Positions 29,499-42,881 of a stretch of 64,000 nucleotides of DNA are shown here, piece after piece (the stretch's first letter is position 1; the number at the start of each line of letters is the position of its first letter). The DNA comes from Bigelowiella natans CCMP2755 (lineage: Eukaryota; Protista; Cercozoa), in the NCBI GenBank assembly GCA_000320545.1, contig ADNK01000267.1, positions 554 to 64,553 on the forward strand, read 5' to 3'. The notes under the pieces are model-generated. The model was not told the origin of the DNA. It was given only the letters and a program-made list of their open reading frames with translations, and did not search any database. Made by a program: the position numbers and the translations under genes.

Positions 29499-30162
29499 GT
29501 CAAATTGGTGTTATTATGCTGCTGATAAATAGTAATGATGAGGAGGAGGAGGTGGAGGACGGGGGGGGGGGGGGTAACATATTTCTCTCATCATCGTATA
29601 CTAGAAATCAAACATTATCATCGATCGATCGTCGTTATCAGAATTGATGCGAGATTGTTGGCTGATGGTCCCGGCGAAGAGACCGACTACTGCAGTAATA
29701 ATAACAGCTTATAAATTAATATAGGAGTATATAACAAATGTGTTCTTAATATGATGTAGTAAGGAGTGGAAATATAAAAATGATGATTAATGATAATAAG
29801 AAGAAGAATGAGAAAGATCAATATGATGATGATGATGATGATGATGATAATGACAACATCCAAGTGATGTGATAATATCCTTTATGCAACTACTACTACT
29901 ATTACTACTACTACCACTGCGGTAATTAGCACCTCGTAAGGAAGTTAAAGGGCATGTACCAGCGGATAAAACATATTCAGAAGGTAGTAAGAACAAGTTA
30001 AAATACATCACTGCTACTTGTAGTAGATACATAATGTGGGTGTATGATATTTTTGCTTCTTATTGTTCTTTTGTTTTTTAGTCTGAGACGCCAGCTGCCA
30101 TTGCCCTCAACGTGAATACGGACCATATCGACTACAAACCTTTATCTCGGAACAGCACTTAG
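18905..30162 (+). CDS. Multi-pass membrane (GPCR-like) tyrosine-kinase-like protein kinase, GPCR-TKL type (more than 25 exons; 5' end may extend to about 18692)
   Basis: N-terminal exons encode hydrophobic helices (LIFVYTITIIEYILLWWW; MAARQILLPFFETIILLLFPFLTL; SATYGAFLLGMLLFQ; ALWWSSWLAGGLFV; GYLGLVAFGWVCLLV; YVGVAALYYIIVAFALF). Kinase subdomains follow: GASGSVYRCRYQGQLVAAK, HPHVVEFLGMC, AVHRDVKTENIL, KLCDFGSSR, VGTPAYMAPE, IDVFSFAYVMWELLT, LMRDCW..PAKRPT. Stop TAG at 30160-30162. Confidence 0.88.
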
Positions 30163-30269
30163 AGAAGAACACCCACTCTACCTCTAGATCTGTTGGTAGC
30201 AGAAGAGTGCATCTCTATGATTATTAAGGAACCAGTTAGATGTTGTTAGTGCATTGTTATAGATTATGA

Positions 30270-31600
30270 CTAGATTCAATGTGACCCTGCTGGCCTGCTG
30301 TACCACAATGCTCCTGTACATGCTAGCATGGCATGTGCATCGTAGCGCGCGGATGTGTACTTTACGCTTAGCGTTGCTAGGTTGGTTGAAATGGGTGCGG
30401 TTTCACTCGGTAGAATCCGCCAAAACCAATACCACTACTACTGAAAAAGGGGCAATTTCGGCGCATTCCGCCAGCAACATGCACAGTGGAGAAATCAAAA
30501 ATTGATCGTCGATCTCAGTCTGAGTTGCAGCGGATCAAGCGATGCGCGATGAAGTGATTGAACGTTTTGACAACATACAATCCCAATGCAGCTAGCTGTG
30601 CAAAGCAGCGGCCACAGCGACGTGCGACAGGATGGCTGAGATGCTTCATTTTGAACACAGCAGCAGAGACAAACAGGCGCAAGGTACACGCGAACATCGC
30701 GACACCTGTTCACAAGGTTGTGCACATCGCATGCTAGCATGTGCTAGAAGCACACATAGCATGCCAGACAATCTAGCATAGCAATGCAATGTCTAGAATG
30801 TGCATCGCATGTTTCAAAAATTGTATGTGTAACATATATCATACACATAATAAAAGTGCAAATGCACCTTGCGATGCGTCGATCACACATCTAGACATGC
30901 GTCCCATGTGACGCACACCCAAAGAAAACGTGTGTGCATGCATGCTAGCATGAGCCTAGCATGCTAGCATGCATGATGCAGGGGTGCATGCACGAATAGC
31001 TAGCTAGACAGAGCTGTTGCTGCTGCATTGATTTGGCGGAAACAAACAGACATGTGCGTGCGACGTGGCTGTTCTAGCTGTCGTCGTTGCGCGCAGGATG
31101 ACTAGATGGGCTACATGGATGAACACAACATGTGACAATGTGTGCACGTCTAGACGTGCGTGCGGGAGTTGCTAGCTAGCTAGCGTTGTCATGCAGTCAC
31201 GCCCTCATCAATTTTCATGACTCATGCATCATTGGACACTGCTAGTAGTAGACTGCTGCGATCGACACTGCTAGACTAGCTAGACCAATGCACACGACGC
31301 GCATTGTTTTGAAAAATGCGAATTATATGCGAAAGCAAACGCAATGTGTCCGATCGATCCATCGCATCGTCCACCACGTACATTTAGACATGCTAGCAGG
31401 CAATGGCTAGCTGGCTACCTAGCTGTCACCGCGGGCTCTAGCTAACTAGCTAGCGCTTGCGATGTGGCGGCACAGAGATAACCACGAGCATGACACATAG
31501 CTAGATCATTGGATGTTAGATGTGCACGTCAGGGCAGATCGAGCTACAGCTAGCAGGTCTCCGTCTGCTGCTGCATTCTAGCATTGCCTACCACATCTAT
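30270..31600. repeat. Intergenic CATG/TGCA/GCTAGC-rich degenerate repeat block (copy 3)
   Basis: Dense short palindromes. gaaacaaacagaca at about 31039 is also at 57231. 31197-31240 resembles the reverse complement of about 56622-56668. Confidence 0.55.
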
Positions 31601-31605
31601 ACATG

Positions 31606-31662
<57 letters not shown>

Positions 31663-31788
31663 GTGTGTGTGTGTGTAGACTTATGCATACGATAGACTAA
31701 TATCATACGATGCAATTATTTCACTGAAAGCAGTGCTATTATTCTTCAATTAACGTCAAACGATGCCGAAAAATGAGACATCCATGCT

Positions 31789-32709
31789 CTATTCCTCTTC
31801 CAAAACATGGCCTTTTCCGCTGACGTAAATTCCATCGAGGAACTTACGAATATCTTTGTTGCGAACCAAAGCAAGGTGGTGCACTTGCGATGTTGCAACA
31901 GAAACCTTTGTGATATCATTTCCTTCGAAAACAAGTTCATCCTTTACATCACTACGCCTGCATGTAACACCCTCTGGAAGCTTACACACTTTTGTCATTT
32001 TCTGACCAACGAAGTTGCGCACCTCAACCTGATAAGAAGAACGTGCAAGTTAATAATAAATCAATCATTTTAGGTTGAAATTTGACAATTCTCGCACGAT
32101 TTCATAGTGTTCGAAGCTTCACTGACCCTGGTTCCATCGTCCTCAATTGTAGCTTGAATGGGAAAGTGATTGTAAACTAGACGCATTTTGTACTGGTATC
32201 CCCTCTTGAGACCGGTAATCATATTGAGAATCTGAGATTGGATGGTACGGACGAGAGCAGCCCCCCGGCGGTTCGACATGTACTTCTTCACGAGGATTTG
32301 TTTGCCGTCCTTGCTTTTCTCAATTGTAAGCTAACATTATAATCATATATTATTATTAAGTTTGGACGAAGTTCTTTCAAAAATGAAATTCACAGTGTAA
32401 TTTATCTACGTATATCACCTTTGCGTGCTTGAAGTTTTTCTTGAGCTCCCCACGCTCATGGGAAATAGTGACAACCCCAGCCTTAATGGTAACTTCGACT
32501 GATATAGAGAATATAAACACGTGAGCTTTGGAAAGCTTCATTGCTCGCTGTCATTTTATTTTTCCCTTCCCCATAACTAAATTCAGTTTCGCAAAAATGA
32601 ATATTAAAGTTCAATTAATCTTTTTATGGACACTATTTGATTGCGTAAGATTTGTATACTTACATCCTTCAGGGATGTCGATTTCGCGCTGGACGAGAAG
32701 AGTCTTCAT
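31789..32709 (-). CDS. RPL9: 60S ribosomal protein L9 (uL6), 4 exons
   Basis: MKTLLVQREIDIPEG; RGELKKNFKH; VRTIQSQILNMITGLKRGYQYKMRLVYNHFPI; VRNFVGQK; KDELVFEGNDI; VRNKDIRKFLDGIYVS. Confidence 0.96.
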
Positions 32710-33366
32710 TGTTTACTAGGGGAGGGAGCGAAGCCGGTAATGTTTCAGACTCAGCTTTACCCTTGCCTGTAATAAAAACTCAGTAATTTAATAGACGTCA
32801 AGTGATATTTTATGACGCAACATATAATTATAAGGTAATTTATTCTCACTGTAAATTTCACAGTTGAATTCACTGTGTTTCAGTGCGTCGGCGAGTTTGC
32901 TCGTTTAAATTCGCCGAATTTTCCAAATTACACACCACAGAGACTATTTCATCGTTAAAACCCATTGAAAACTATGAAGCATTTTAATTATCTGCTACGA
33001 TCTTATATTGATGAAAGCGTCATCATGAGAATGTTGTCGTAGATATAAACTGAGCTTTGAGCTACAGGGACGGCCTAGAGATCCAAATCTGGTAAAAATA
33101 ACATATTGATCTAACCCCGCTTGTTTTATCAAATAATGAGAGAATACGATCCTATATTTTATACATATGGCACAGAATACGCATACGAGACATGTTCTCT
33201 CAAAATAATTCATCTCTCACCAATTCTCGACAACGCATGTGCAATAATTGGAGTCAGCAAACTGATTCCATTGTGTCTGATGAGTACGAATAAAGTCATG
33301 TCGTAATGCTCGTATGGCCTTGTTTCGAAGATTATAAAACAAACAACCAAGCGCAGGCACACAAGG

Positions 33367-33648
33367 ATGTCGGCGCCCCCTGATTTGGGAGAGGCACGCT
33401 CGGAACCGCCTCAGCCTTCTCCTTCCCACGGTCCCAATACTACATCGAAAAATAAATTGAATCCAACTTGTTGAAGTAGTAGAAATACCTACTACATGCG
33501 AGATTGTGATTTCTCATTCGTATCTTGATTTTTAATGTTAATAAACAACAAAATGCAAGCGACGTTTTAAGGGGGGATATTAAAGCCTAAGGGGTATTTG
33601 AAGGAGATGATTTGATTTCGTCATTATACATAACTTTATGTATAGAAA

Positions 33649-33699
<51 letters not shown>

Positions 33700-36426
33700 T
33701 GTATACTAAATATTTCAGGTACTACCATCTTCTCGTCTTGTTCTTATGTAATTTATTACCCTCACTATTTTTCTTCGCATATTTCTCAGCACCTAAACTT
33801 CGAGCGGTACATTCAGTCCCAGTGGATCACAGGGGTTCCGACACTAAATCGAAGCCATTTGATCTTGTTTACCTTGCTTCTTGCCCCTTAATCCAACGAG
33901 CCTATAACGGTGTCACACCAATCGAAGCACTTGATTTGAGAAGGTAACTTACGAATGCTGTATAAAATGCATGCCTTGAAATTATAATTTTTGATTCTTT
34001 TATGTAATGATTTCCTTTACTCGTCGGTCGTCTAGTGAGCAAAAGAACTTCATCACAACCATCGGAAAATCTAGCAAGCGATTCCGTTTCAAGAGAGATT
34101 ATGCGACTATCCGGAGGCTGGGGACGAATCTAGTACTAGGGTGCAGGGTTCTCCATTACACTGGGCATGGATTGGAGAACGGACTTGCTTTTGAAGATGA
34201 GTGTGGTGTAATGCACATTGTCCAGACTCAGACTCTAAGGGAGCTCATGGCTGCAGGGGCCAAGGAGGAAGAAGTCAAGCTGGTATTTGTCGCTGCATGC
34301 CACTCTGAATCTGCCGGTAAGGCATTCGTAGAAGCAGGAGTGAAGCACGTGATTGCTGTTAAGATATCCGAGAAAGTGGCTGATACTGGAGCTCGACATT
34401 TTATGAATTCCTTTTATCTTGCCTTGCTCATGGGGAGAACAGTAGCTAATGCCTTTAAAATGGCACGAGAAACTCTCAAGGCAATTCCTGACCTACCAAC
34501 CGCTGACGATGAAGCGAAGAAGTACCTTTTGCTTCCTAAGGAAGGTAGTTCTTAATCTTACTGTTCAGACTGCTCATGAACGTTTTCTTTTTGCCTTTCA
34601 ACGCACTCACCTGGATATGGTAGAAACTAGTCTATGAAGCTGCTTTGCCTCATTTTCTCCGCATCGCTTTGTGCCTTCCCCCCCCCCCCCCCCCTGTGTA
34701 TGTGTGTGTGTGTGTCCCTTCTTTCAGCGGATCACAATGTTCAAATATTTCCCGATTTACCAACGGGAATGGTAGAGGATTGTACAGATAAACGTGCGGT
34801 GGAAAATCTGCCAGCTTCTGTGGACCACTTTACTGGGCGCAACTTTGAAGTTCAGCAAATAGTAGAATACTTTGTCAAAGATCGGTACGTACTAAGATAA
34901 TAACAATAGAGAGATCTAATAAACATCTTGCGCCATGATAGATGTATGTATGTATGTATGTCCTCTTGAATGAAAATGCTACTGATATATGTTCAGGAAG
35001 CGTCTAGTGACGATTTGTGGTGAATCTGGAATTGGAAAGACAGCCGTAGCTATCTATACAGCACGTTTCCTCCTTGAGCGTGGATTGTTCAAAGACGGGG
35101 TTATTTTCTTCCGTTTTCAAGGCAAAGGTGATTTTGATGTGGGTCAGATCGCTGAGATGATAGCTGAAGGACTTGGCCTAGACATTCCAACACATGGCTT
35201 GATCCGAGCGCTTAAGAGTAAAATCCGTAAGAAGGAGCGAGGGGTTCTGCTGGTGATGGATGGATTGGACGAGTTTGTTTCTTTGCAGGAAAAAGACCGG
35301 AAACAATTCACTGTTTTCATCTCTGAGCTCCTCCAAGATTGTAGAGATCTTAGAATCCTAGCTACAGCGACCACACCTATTGGAATATCGAGGGGGGTAG
35401 AGGAAGTTGAGTTCCCATTGAAGGGCATGAGTGTGTACGACATATGCAACCTATTCAATAAGCTCACTAACGATAAAGTAACAGCTGAAGTTGTAGGAAT
35501 TAAGGATGCCTACTTTGCAACTAGAAACGACATATTTCAGGGTCTTGCTCAGCACAAACTGATAAAAGAGATCGTAAATGGGCATCCTTATCGATGCTGG
35601 ATGGCAGCAAGACGATTCAACAAACACCCAAAGTTAGACCAGGTGGCCAAGATTATGTCATATGAGCTGAGAGCGCTTGAGGAGCAGCAGCTTGAGGAAG
35701 AACAGTCACGTGCTGCTAAGAATAGTAGGAGAAGAAAAGGATATCAACATCCTAGTAGCCAACATACTAGTAGTAGTAGTAGTAATGAGCAGCATTCTCC
35801 AAGTAGTAATGACCTCAAGATGGTAGTAGGTGGTGGTAGGAATAACAGTACAAGTACTAGTAGAAACAATGTAGATGATGTCTATGCCCCAGTTGGTCCA
35901 GGGGAGTTTGCAGCATCAGGAAGAGGAGGACACAAGAGCAGCAGCAGCAGCAGCAGTAGTAGCACGATTGTGTAAGCACCAACACTGAACATCTCTCGTC
36001 TATTACTACTAATTCTGATGTTGTGATTGATGACAATCATAAGTGTATGATGATGCATTATCTATCAATTAACACCATGAAATAATACGATGATGTAAAC
36101 AACAACAACAACTACTACTACTACTACTTTTCTCCTTCTACTGGTTTCGATGTTGTCCTAACGGCTGTCCATTTAATAATATATGACGAGTATACTAATA
36201 ATGTCACAAATACTACTGCTAATACCAACTAGTATGTTCGCTCTTATCGTATTTGAAGTTATCCTTCCTCCAAAAAATGATGATGGCCACAAATCACCAC
36301 AAATACCTCATCATCATCAATCATCTTTCCTCCCTTCTAGGACGAGAGAAGAACTTGACTATGAAAACAAGATTAGAACCATCCTCTCGCAGGAGGCAAG
36401 AGTCTTTTGGGATAGTTTCAAGGTGC

Positions 36427-36468
<42 letters not shown>

Positions 36469-37800
36469 CAATAGTAGTAGCACGCAATAACTACAACTAC
36501 CACTTGAAGGTATAAGCGTCCTCCTCCTCCTCCTCCTCCTCCTCCTCCTCCTTCTCTTTCTCTTACTACTACTACTAATAATAATAATAATAATAATGAT
36601 GATAATAATACCACAATCTCTATCACAGCCACGAATGGAAACTAATGATGATAATAATACCACAATCTCTATCACAGCCACGAATGGAAACTAATGATGA
36701 TAATAATACCACAATCTCTATCACAGCCACGAATGGAAACTAGCTGGGAAAGCTTCAAAAGAAGGCTTAATTCTCACTTCAAGGCATACACCGGAGTAAC
36801 CAGGGGGCTAGATGAACATGACATTCACTCTGCAAGCCAATTTGTGCAAAAATTTGCGAGAAGGAAGAATATACAGTAATAATTGAGAATACTACTTATT
36901 GCAATGTTGTATGAAAATGATGAGACATGATAAAGCAGCAGACGATGTTAGAATGTTTTCCTCCTTTCCTCCTTCATGATCATATCAATCTTATCTTGAT
37001 GTTGTCATCATCAGAATTAGCCATAAAGGCCTTTCTGTGTCAGCATTCAATGTATGGTGGGAGATGTGGTACACCCCATTGGTAAAGACCATTCAACGAA
37101 TAAGCAAGATTTGGGACAATAACTACATTAAGGGGGTAGCGTACGACAAGAACAGTGTCAGAAATAGCATTGTAGGTGGGCCTGTAGGAACCTTTATGTT
37201 GCGCCTAAGTGGTAATAACCCTGGCTGCATAGTGCTGGGATTTGTCGGCAGCGACAGGCCCAAGAAAATTCTTCATATTCTGATAGATGGGTACTAGATG
37301 ATATATTATAAGTATGGATTGATCATAGCGACGATGACGATGATGATGATGATGATGATGATGATAATGACAATGACGACGATGATGATGATGAGAATAG
37401 CGACGATTTTTCGTCCTTGTGCTTCTCTATCGCCATTCGTTGTGGATATTGACGAGGGGGGCAGGGAGAGAGAGAGAGAGAGTACTTGCTTAACGTCAGA
37501 TGAGGCTGCTATGCTCTAACAATATAAAGCTTCTTCTGTTGGCTTAATCAATCAATATTTTCTGTTGTGTTCATTTCACGCAGACGTCACAGTGATTTCA
37601 AGATCAAATTTGATGATGGAAAGTCACAAAGCTATGCGAGGCTTGAGGATCTTGTGCTTCAATGCAAACGCGTAACCATCCTGCACCCCAATGTAGCAAA
37701 ACATGCTGCCTTTGGGAATTTGATGATAAATGATGATCACCAAAGTCGTAGTAGTAGTGGTCAATATGATTTCGCTTGTGACGATGAAGGACCTTCATAG
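33367..37800 (+). CDS. CHAT (caspase-HetF) protease - STAND/NB-ARC-like NTPase - STAT-type linker + SH2 fusion protein
   Basis: CHAT: LVYLASCPL, PIEALDL, VLHYTGHG (His), LAFEDECG, LVFVAACHS (Cys), AFVEAGVKHVIAV. NTPase: NLPASVDHFTGR, Walker A GESGIGKT (35019-35042), Walker B LLVMDGLDE, LRILAT, GHP. C-terminus: SWESFK, WWEMWY..KIWDNNYIKG..GPVGTFMLRLS..PGCIVLGFV..HILI..LEDLV..LHPNVAKHAAF. Exons join through GT-AG introns. Confidence 0.85.
36595..36741 (+). repeat. 3 x 49 bp perfect tandem repeat spanning a splice acceptor
   Basis: Unit aatgatgataataataccacaatctctatcacag|ccacgaatggaaact at 36595, 36644 and 36693. Confidence 0.92.
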
Positions 37801-38149
37801 CAGTAAGCAGTAGTGTTAGTATTAGGTAGTTGAAGTGGAATAGTAGTAGAAGCGAGTGGTAGTAGTAGAGGGTAGAGGATTATTTGGGAAGAAGAAAGTA
37901 TATGATGCCATAACTGATAACAGACATTATGACTTATCAATCAATGACAAATACAATTTTACATGGAGAAAAATAACAGCATCGGTTCGCATTGCTGTAG
38001 TTGTTAGGCGCGATCATCGCAACATCTAACCAATAAACGATATAGAAGTAAATCCAAAGAATATTATGCATTATTATAGACACCTACATCTCTATGAATA
38101 AGACATACTAGCATATATACATACATAGCAGACAAATAAGACATGTGTA

Positions 38150-39270
38150 TACATGCACATAAGACGGATGTAATGAAGTGATTAAATATTTTCAATTGTC
38201 ATCCATGCATGTGTACCTAGTACGTGTACGTACATGAACATGTATGTGCACCCGTGCTAACGTGCCTTGCTAGCTTGATGTACATGCATGCTTGTATGTG
38301 ACACATGTGATGATAGAATCTTTTCAATGCGTGGTCATCCCAATGTGTGCGTATTTGTGAGACGGATGTAATGAAGTGATTAAATCTTTTGTAATAGCCA
38401 TCCTAATGTAGCTAAGCTATCTAGCTATGCAAAGCAGCGCGGCTACAGCGCGCTTAGCTCTAGCTTAGGTTGTGTTTGTTTGTTGTACTTCTCGTCTGTT
38501 GTGTGTCTCATGCATTTCGATTCAAATGAACATCTGCATCCTGTCGTCGATCGCGTGCATGCGGTACGTACGCGCGCAGCAACGGTCCGTGCTTCTTTTC
38601 ATTCAGCTTGTTCGATTCAGTCAGTCGTTTCGCGCTACTACATCGTTATTTCGATTCATGATGGCATTCAATTGGGTCGTCCCCGCGTGCAATCCAAGCT
38701 GTTGGTGCTCGTATGCACATCAAAGGAGATGATCCACATGCGTAGTTGTAGTGCAAAGCATGCAACGGCTACATGCAGCGCTCATGTTCTATAGATGTTG
38801 TCTAGTTACGTTGAGTCTAGCTACACTGTGCATGTCCACTTGTTTGATTCTGTTGTCCATCATCATCATGTGCTTCACATGCGAAATGAGCATTTTAGCA
38901 TCGCTGCTGTAATGTGTTGTCGTCGATGGATGTCGCGGTCGATCTACCCACTTATTTTCACAGAAAGGCGCCCGATGTCACGTATCACGTACACCAACTA
39001 GACAGACTTTAAAGCTTGATGCGTAGCACATGATTCGCGTAAGATAGATGCAATTGATACAATGTATTAATTCATGCAGTGCATGACTGATGCTGCACAT
39101 GATTCGCGGAAGATGCAAATGATGCAGTGCATTCATGCCGTGAGTGATCGATGAGTATAGCTAGATAGCGTGTACAAGTCAAGTACGGCCTTAAGAGATA
39201 ATAAGGATGAACAACGGGAGCGATTCATAATTGTCTTAACTGACATTACAGTATGCACGTGCATGATCTC
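38150..39270. repeat. Intergenic degenerate repeat block (copy 4, opposite orientation to copy 5)
   Basis: 38162-38205 and 38357-38414 (gagacggatgtaatgaagtgattaaa..tt.caat.gtcatcc.aatgtagct) match the reverse complement of 57287-57342. 38430-38485 matches the reverse complement of 57231-57275. Confidence 0.7.
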
Positions 39271-39563
39271 ATTTCAACATAACATACAAATGAATGAATT
39301 TTTAATGGTGCGCATCGTCGTCATCAATGCTTTGTAACATTATTACTAGATTATGTATAATTATCCCAGTATAATAAGAGCAACACATTGTTGCCTAAAT
39401 GAGAAACATCAGCTCTACCGTTTAATTTCACAGGACGTCTAGAAGCACGTCCTGCAACCGTCTGCATGTATGAAGAAAAATGCATATATCAAGAAAAAAC
39501 AATCGCATCAAAAATTTAAGATAATAAACACTTAAAAATCATACGAGAGATGCCGAACAATGT

Positions 39564-39967
39564 TCAGATGTAGCTAACAAAAGCTTAATGTCCACACACG
39601 CGCACGCACACACACACACACACACACATACCACAATCAAAAAGGAAGGGTGGATAAAAAAGAAGGTCAGTGCCTACTACTACTACTACTACTACTACTA
39701 ATACTAACCCTGCAGCGAGCATTCCTTCAACATCAAATACTTTGTTTGGACGATGAATGAGCGGTGATTTAAGAAATGCGTACATCTTCTGGGGGAATTG
39801 GAACTTGATTTTCTGACGAATTGGCACTCCATCTCCAAGGGGGCTAATAATATAGTAGTTATTATTATTATCACAACAACTGCAGTATATATAACAGTTA
39901 GGTAGTGTAATCAGGAGTCTACTACATGGACAATGTTGACCAAAAATGAGGTGAAATATTTACAAAA

Positions 39968-40003
<36 letters not shown>

Positions 40004-40432
40004 TGACAACAATAATAATGAACAGCAGCATAGAAAAAATACTCAAGCCAGCAGCAGTAACATCAGATAAACAGCATCACGAAGAAGTAGAAACAACAAC
40101 AAAATAATTGTAGATCGATCTCAAGAGTGAGTGAGTGCGCGTCTTCTTCGTCTTTTTGCTGTAATTGAAGGCTAGCATCATTATCATCATCATCATCATG
40201 CATCATGCATCAACTATTGATTACTTACTCATATATTGCGCTACTCCGACGTACACTGCCACTTTTGTTGGTGCTGAAACCATGCGAACTAACAATTAAT
40301 AATTGTGTCACAAAGCAGTAACATATGACTACTAGTACTGTTGATGATGATGATGATGATGATGATAGCAAAGAGTTGGTTATTCAGCTGGTTGGTTAGT
40401 AGAAGAGAAGATCCTAAGGCACAAACATCGAT

Positions 40433-40474
<42 letters not shown>

Positions 40475-40746
40475 CTACTACTTATTCTTCTTCCTGCTCA
40501 CGAATTTGAAACCATCATCATAAGATAGTCACTGCTAGTGTTGGTGTTGTTTACTCTTATTCTTACCTCTCACCAACTTGATTGATTAGCACACTTCCTG
40601 TTTTGAGCACGAGCTCCAGCGACATGATTAGATTCCTCTCCTCGGTGCGTGCAAATGCTTTCTCAAAAAAACCAGGTTCTTTGTCCTACAGCAGCAACCA
40701 AGATTGACAACAGCCCCATAATGGATTGACAAAATGAAAAAGAGGA

Positions 40747-40780
<34 letters not shown>

Positions 40781-41303
40781 CGTCCCTCATGCTGTCTTTA
40801 TCAGCATCTTGAAGAATCGTCATATCATATCATATCATTCATTCATTCATTCACACTTGCATCACTATATATACCGAGTATGTGATGTTCAGATTGACTA
40901 GGTCTGGTCGCTCCGAGGTGAGAAAGTAAAATGTCAGCCCTCTCTGAAAACACGAGCAGCAGAAAATAATGATCAGGATGAAGAAGAAGAAGATGATGAT
41001 GATGATGAGGAGGAGGAGGGGCTTGACAAATGCACGTGTTGATATTCATTTTTGGAGAAACTACTTAGTACTGATGATCTTTTGCTGACATTATTATCTA
41101 TCATCATTATTATTATTATCATTAGAGTAGTTTGTTAGTATTATTCTCGTCGATGATGCCGAATACCAATTAGTATCACGTTAAATTGGTGAATGAATCT
41201 TGACAAGTTGATTAATATTATTATTACATCCACCACCTTAAATTGGTTCATCTTGACAACATCTGCTGGTAACATCGCCATGCAGCAGTGATACGTATCC
41301 TAA

Positions 41304-41339
<36 letters not shown>

Positions 41340-41667
41340 CATACAGTAGCATAAACGGGGTGGTGTGTGTCAATTACATCGTCACTATTTATGCTGAGAG
41401 GAGTTGTTACAAGAGCAGCAGTATATATGTATACCATCAGATATATCAATAATTTATATGATGACGATGATGATGATGATGATATGATATGATGGATGTT
41501 GCTGGTAAAGAAATACTTTTCTTCTGATTTTCTACTTTCTTTTCTTAAAAATGCTGCTACTACATACATCTCCAGTCTTTCGCCACACTTTTCTCCATTC
41601 TTTGGTCTCTGCGTCTTGAATAGTTTTTAATATTTCGATCTCACTCAATAGACCTTCGTTCACCATC

Positions 41668-41725
<58 letters not shown>

Positions 41726-41782
41726 GGGAGGACGGTTAGTAAGGATAGCAGCACATAATCGAAAAGTAATTTCATAAATCAG

Positions 41783-41814
<32 letters not shown>

Positions 41815-42393
41815 CCATTCGTCGTAGTATAGTATATGCAGTTGTTGTAGTAGTAGTAGTAGTAGTAGTAGTAGCAGTAGTTAGTAGCAAATAAAAATAA
41901 TAATAACAAACAAATGAACAAAATACTAGCAGTAATAATACCTCTTGGTAGGACTTATGGAGAACATTTCCTCTTTTCAAGCACACATCAACTGTTTTAT
42001 ATCGTCTGATCGTAGAATGATCGTTGGGGCCTTTCCAAATACCTGATGATCATAATGATCATAATAACAACAATTATTATTATTATTATTAGTAGTAGTA
42101 GTAATAGTAGTAGTAGTGGAAGTAGTAGCAGAGAACAATTCAATACACTACAACACCACCCATCAACACGCATACATACACACCAACATGCATACATATT
42201 ATACGTACCACCGAGTATTTATGGAGATTAATATTGGATTTATCACCCTTAGTTTTTAATTAATTATTAATTAGTTATCACCAAAGTATTCATGCAGATT
42301 CTGCTTGGATTTCTCATCCTCGCTGCGGCGTGACATGACTCGAAATACCTGTAAGTGTGAGTGTAAGTGTGAATGAATGTGAGTGTGAAATAC

Positions 42394-42427
<34 letters not shown>

Positions 42428-42582
42428 TACATGTATGTGCCTTATATAAGTTGTTGCGTGTAGGACAAGTGCAGGGAAAAGAAGGGCGGGGGAGGAGGAA
42501 ATTAAAGTTTGATTTAGGTACTGCCTCCACCCATTTCAGAAAGTATTGTGCTGGTAGAAGTTGTATAAATTAGTAATGCCCT

Positions 42583-42617
<35 letters not shown>

Positions 42618-42789
42618 CGTAGTACCTCAATGAGTTTTTTGGTGTTGTTGGCCACCATCTCCTTTTCCTTCTCGACGTGGTCAATCACCAACTGTTGTGT
42701 GAAGGTTCAATCATGAGTCAATGACATCATCATTGTCATTAACATCATCATCATCATTATAGTGTTAATAGTAGTAGTAGCAGTAGTAG

Positions 42790-42820
<31 letters not shown>

Positions 42821-42841
42821 TAGTAGCGAGGAAAATATATA

Positions 42842-42881
<40 letters not shown>

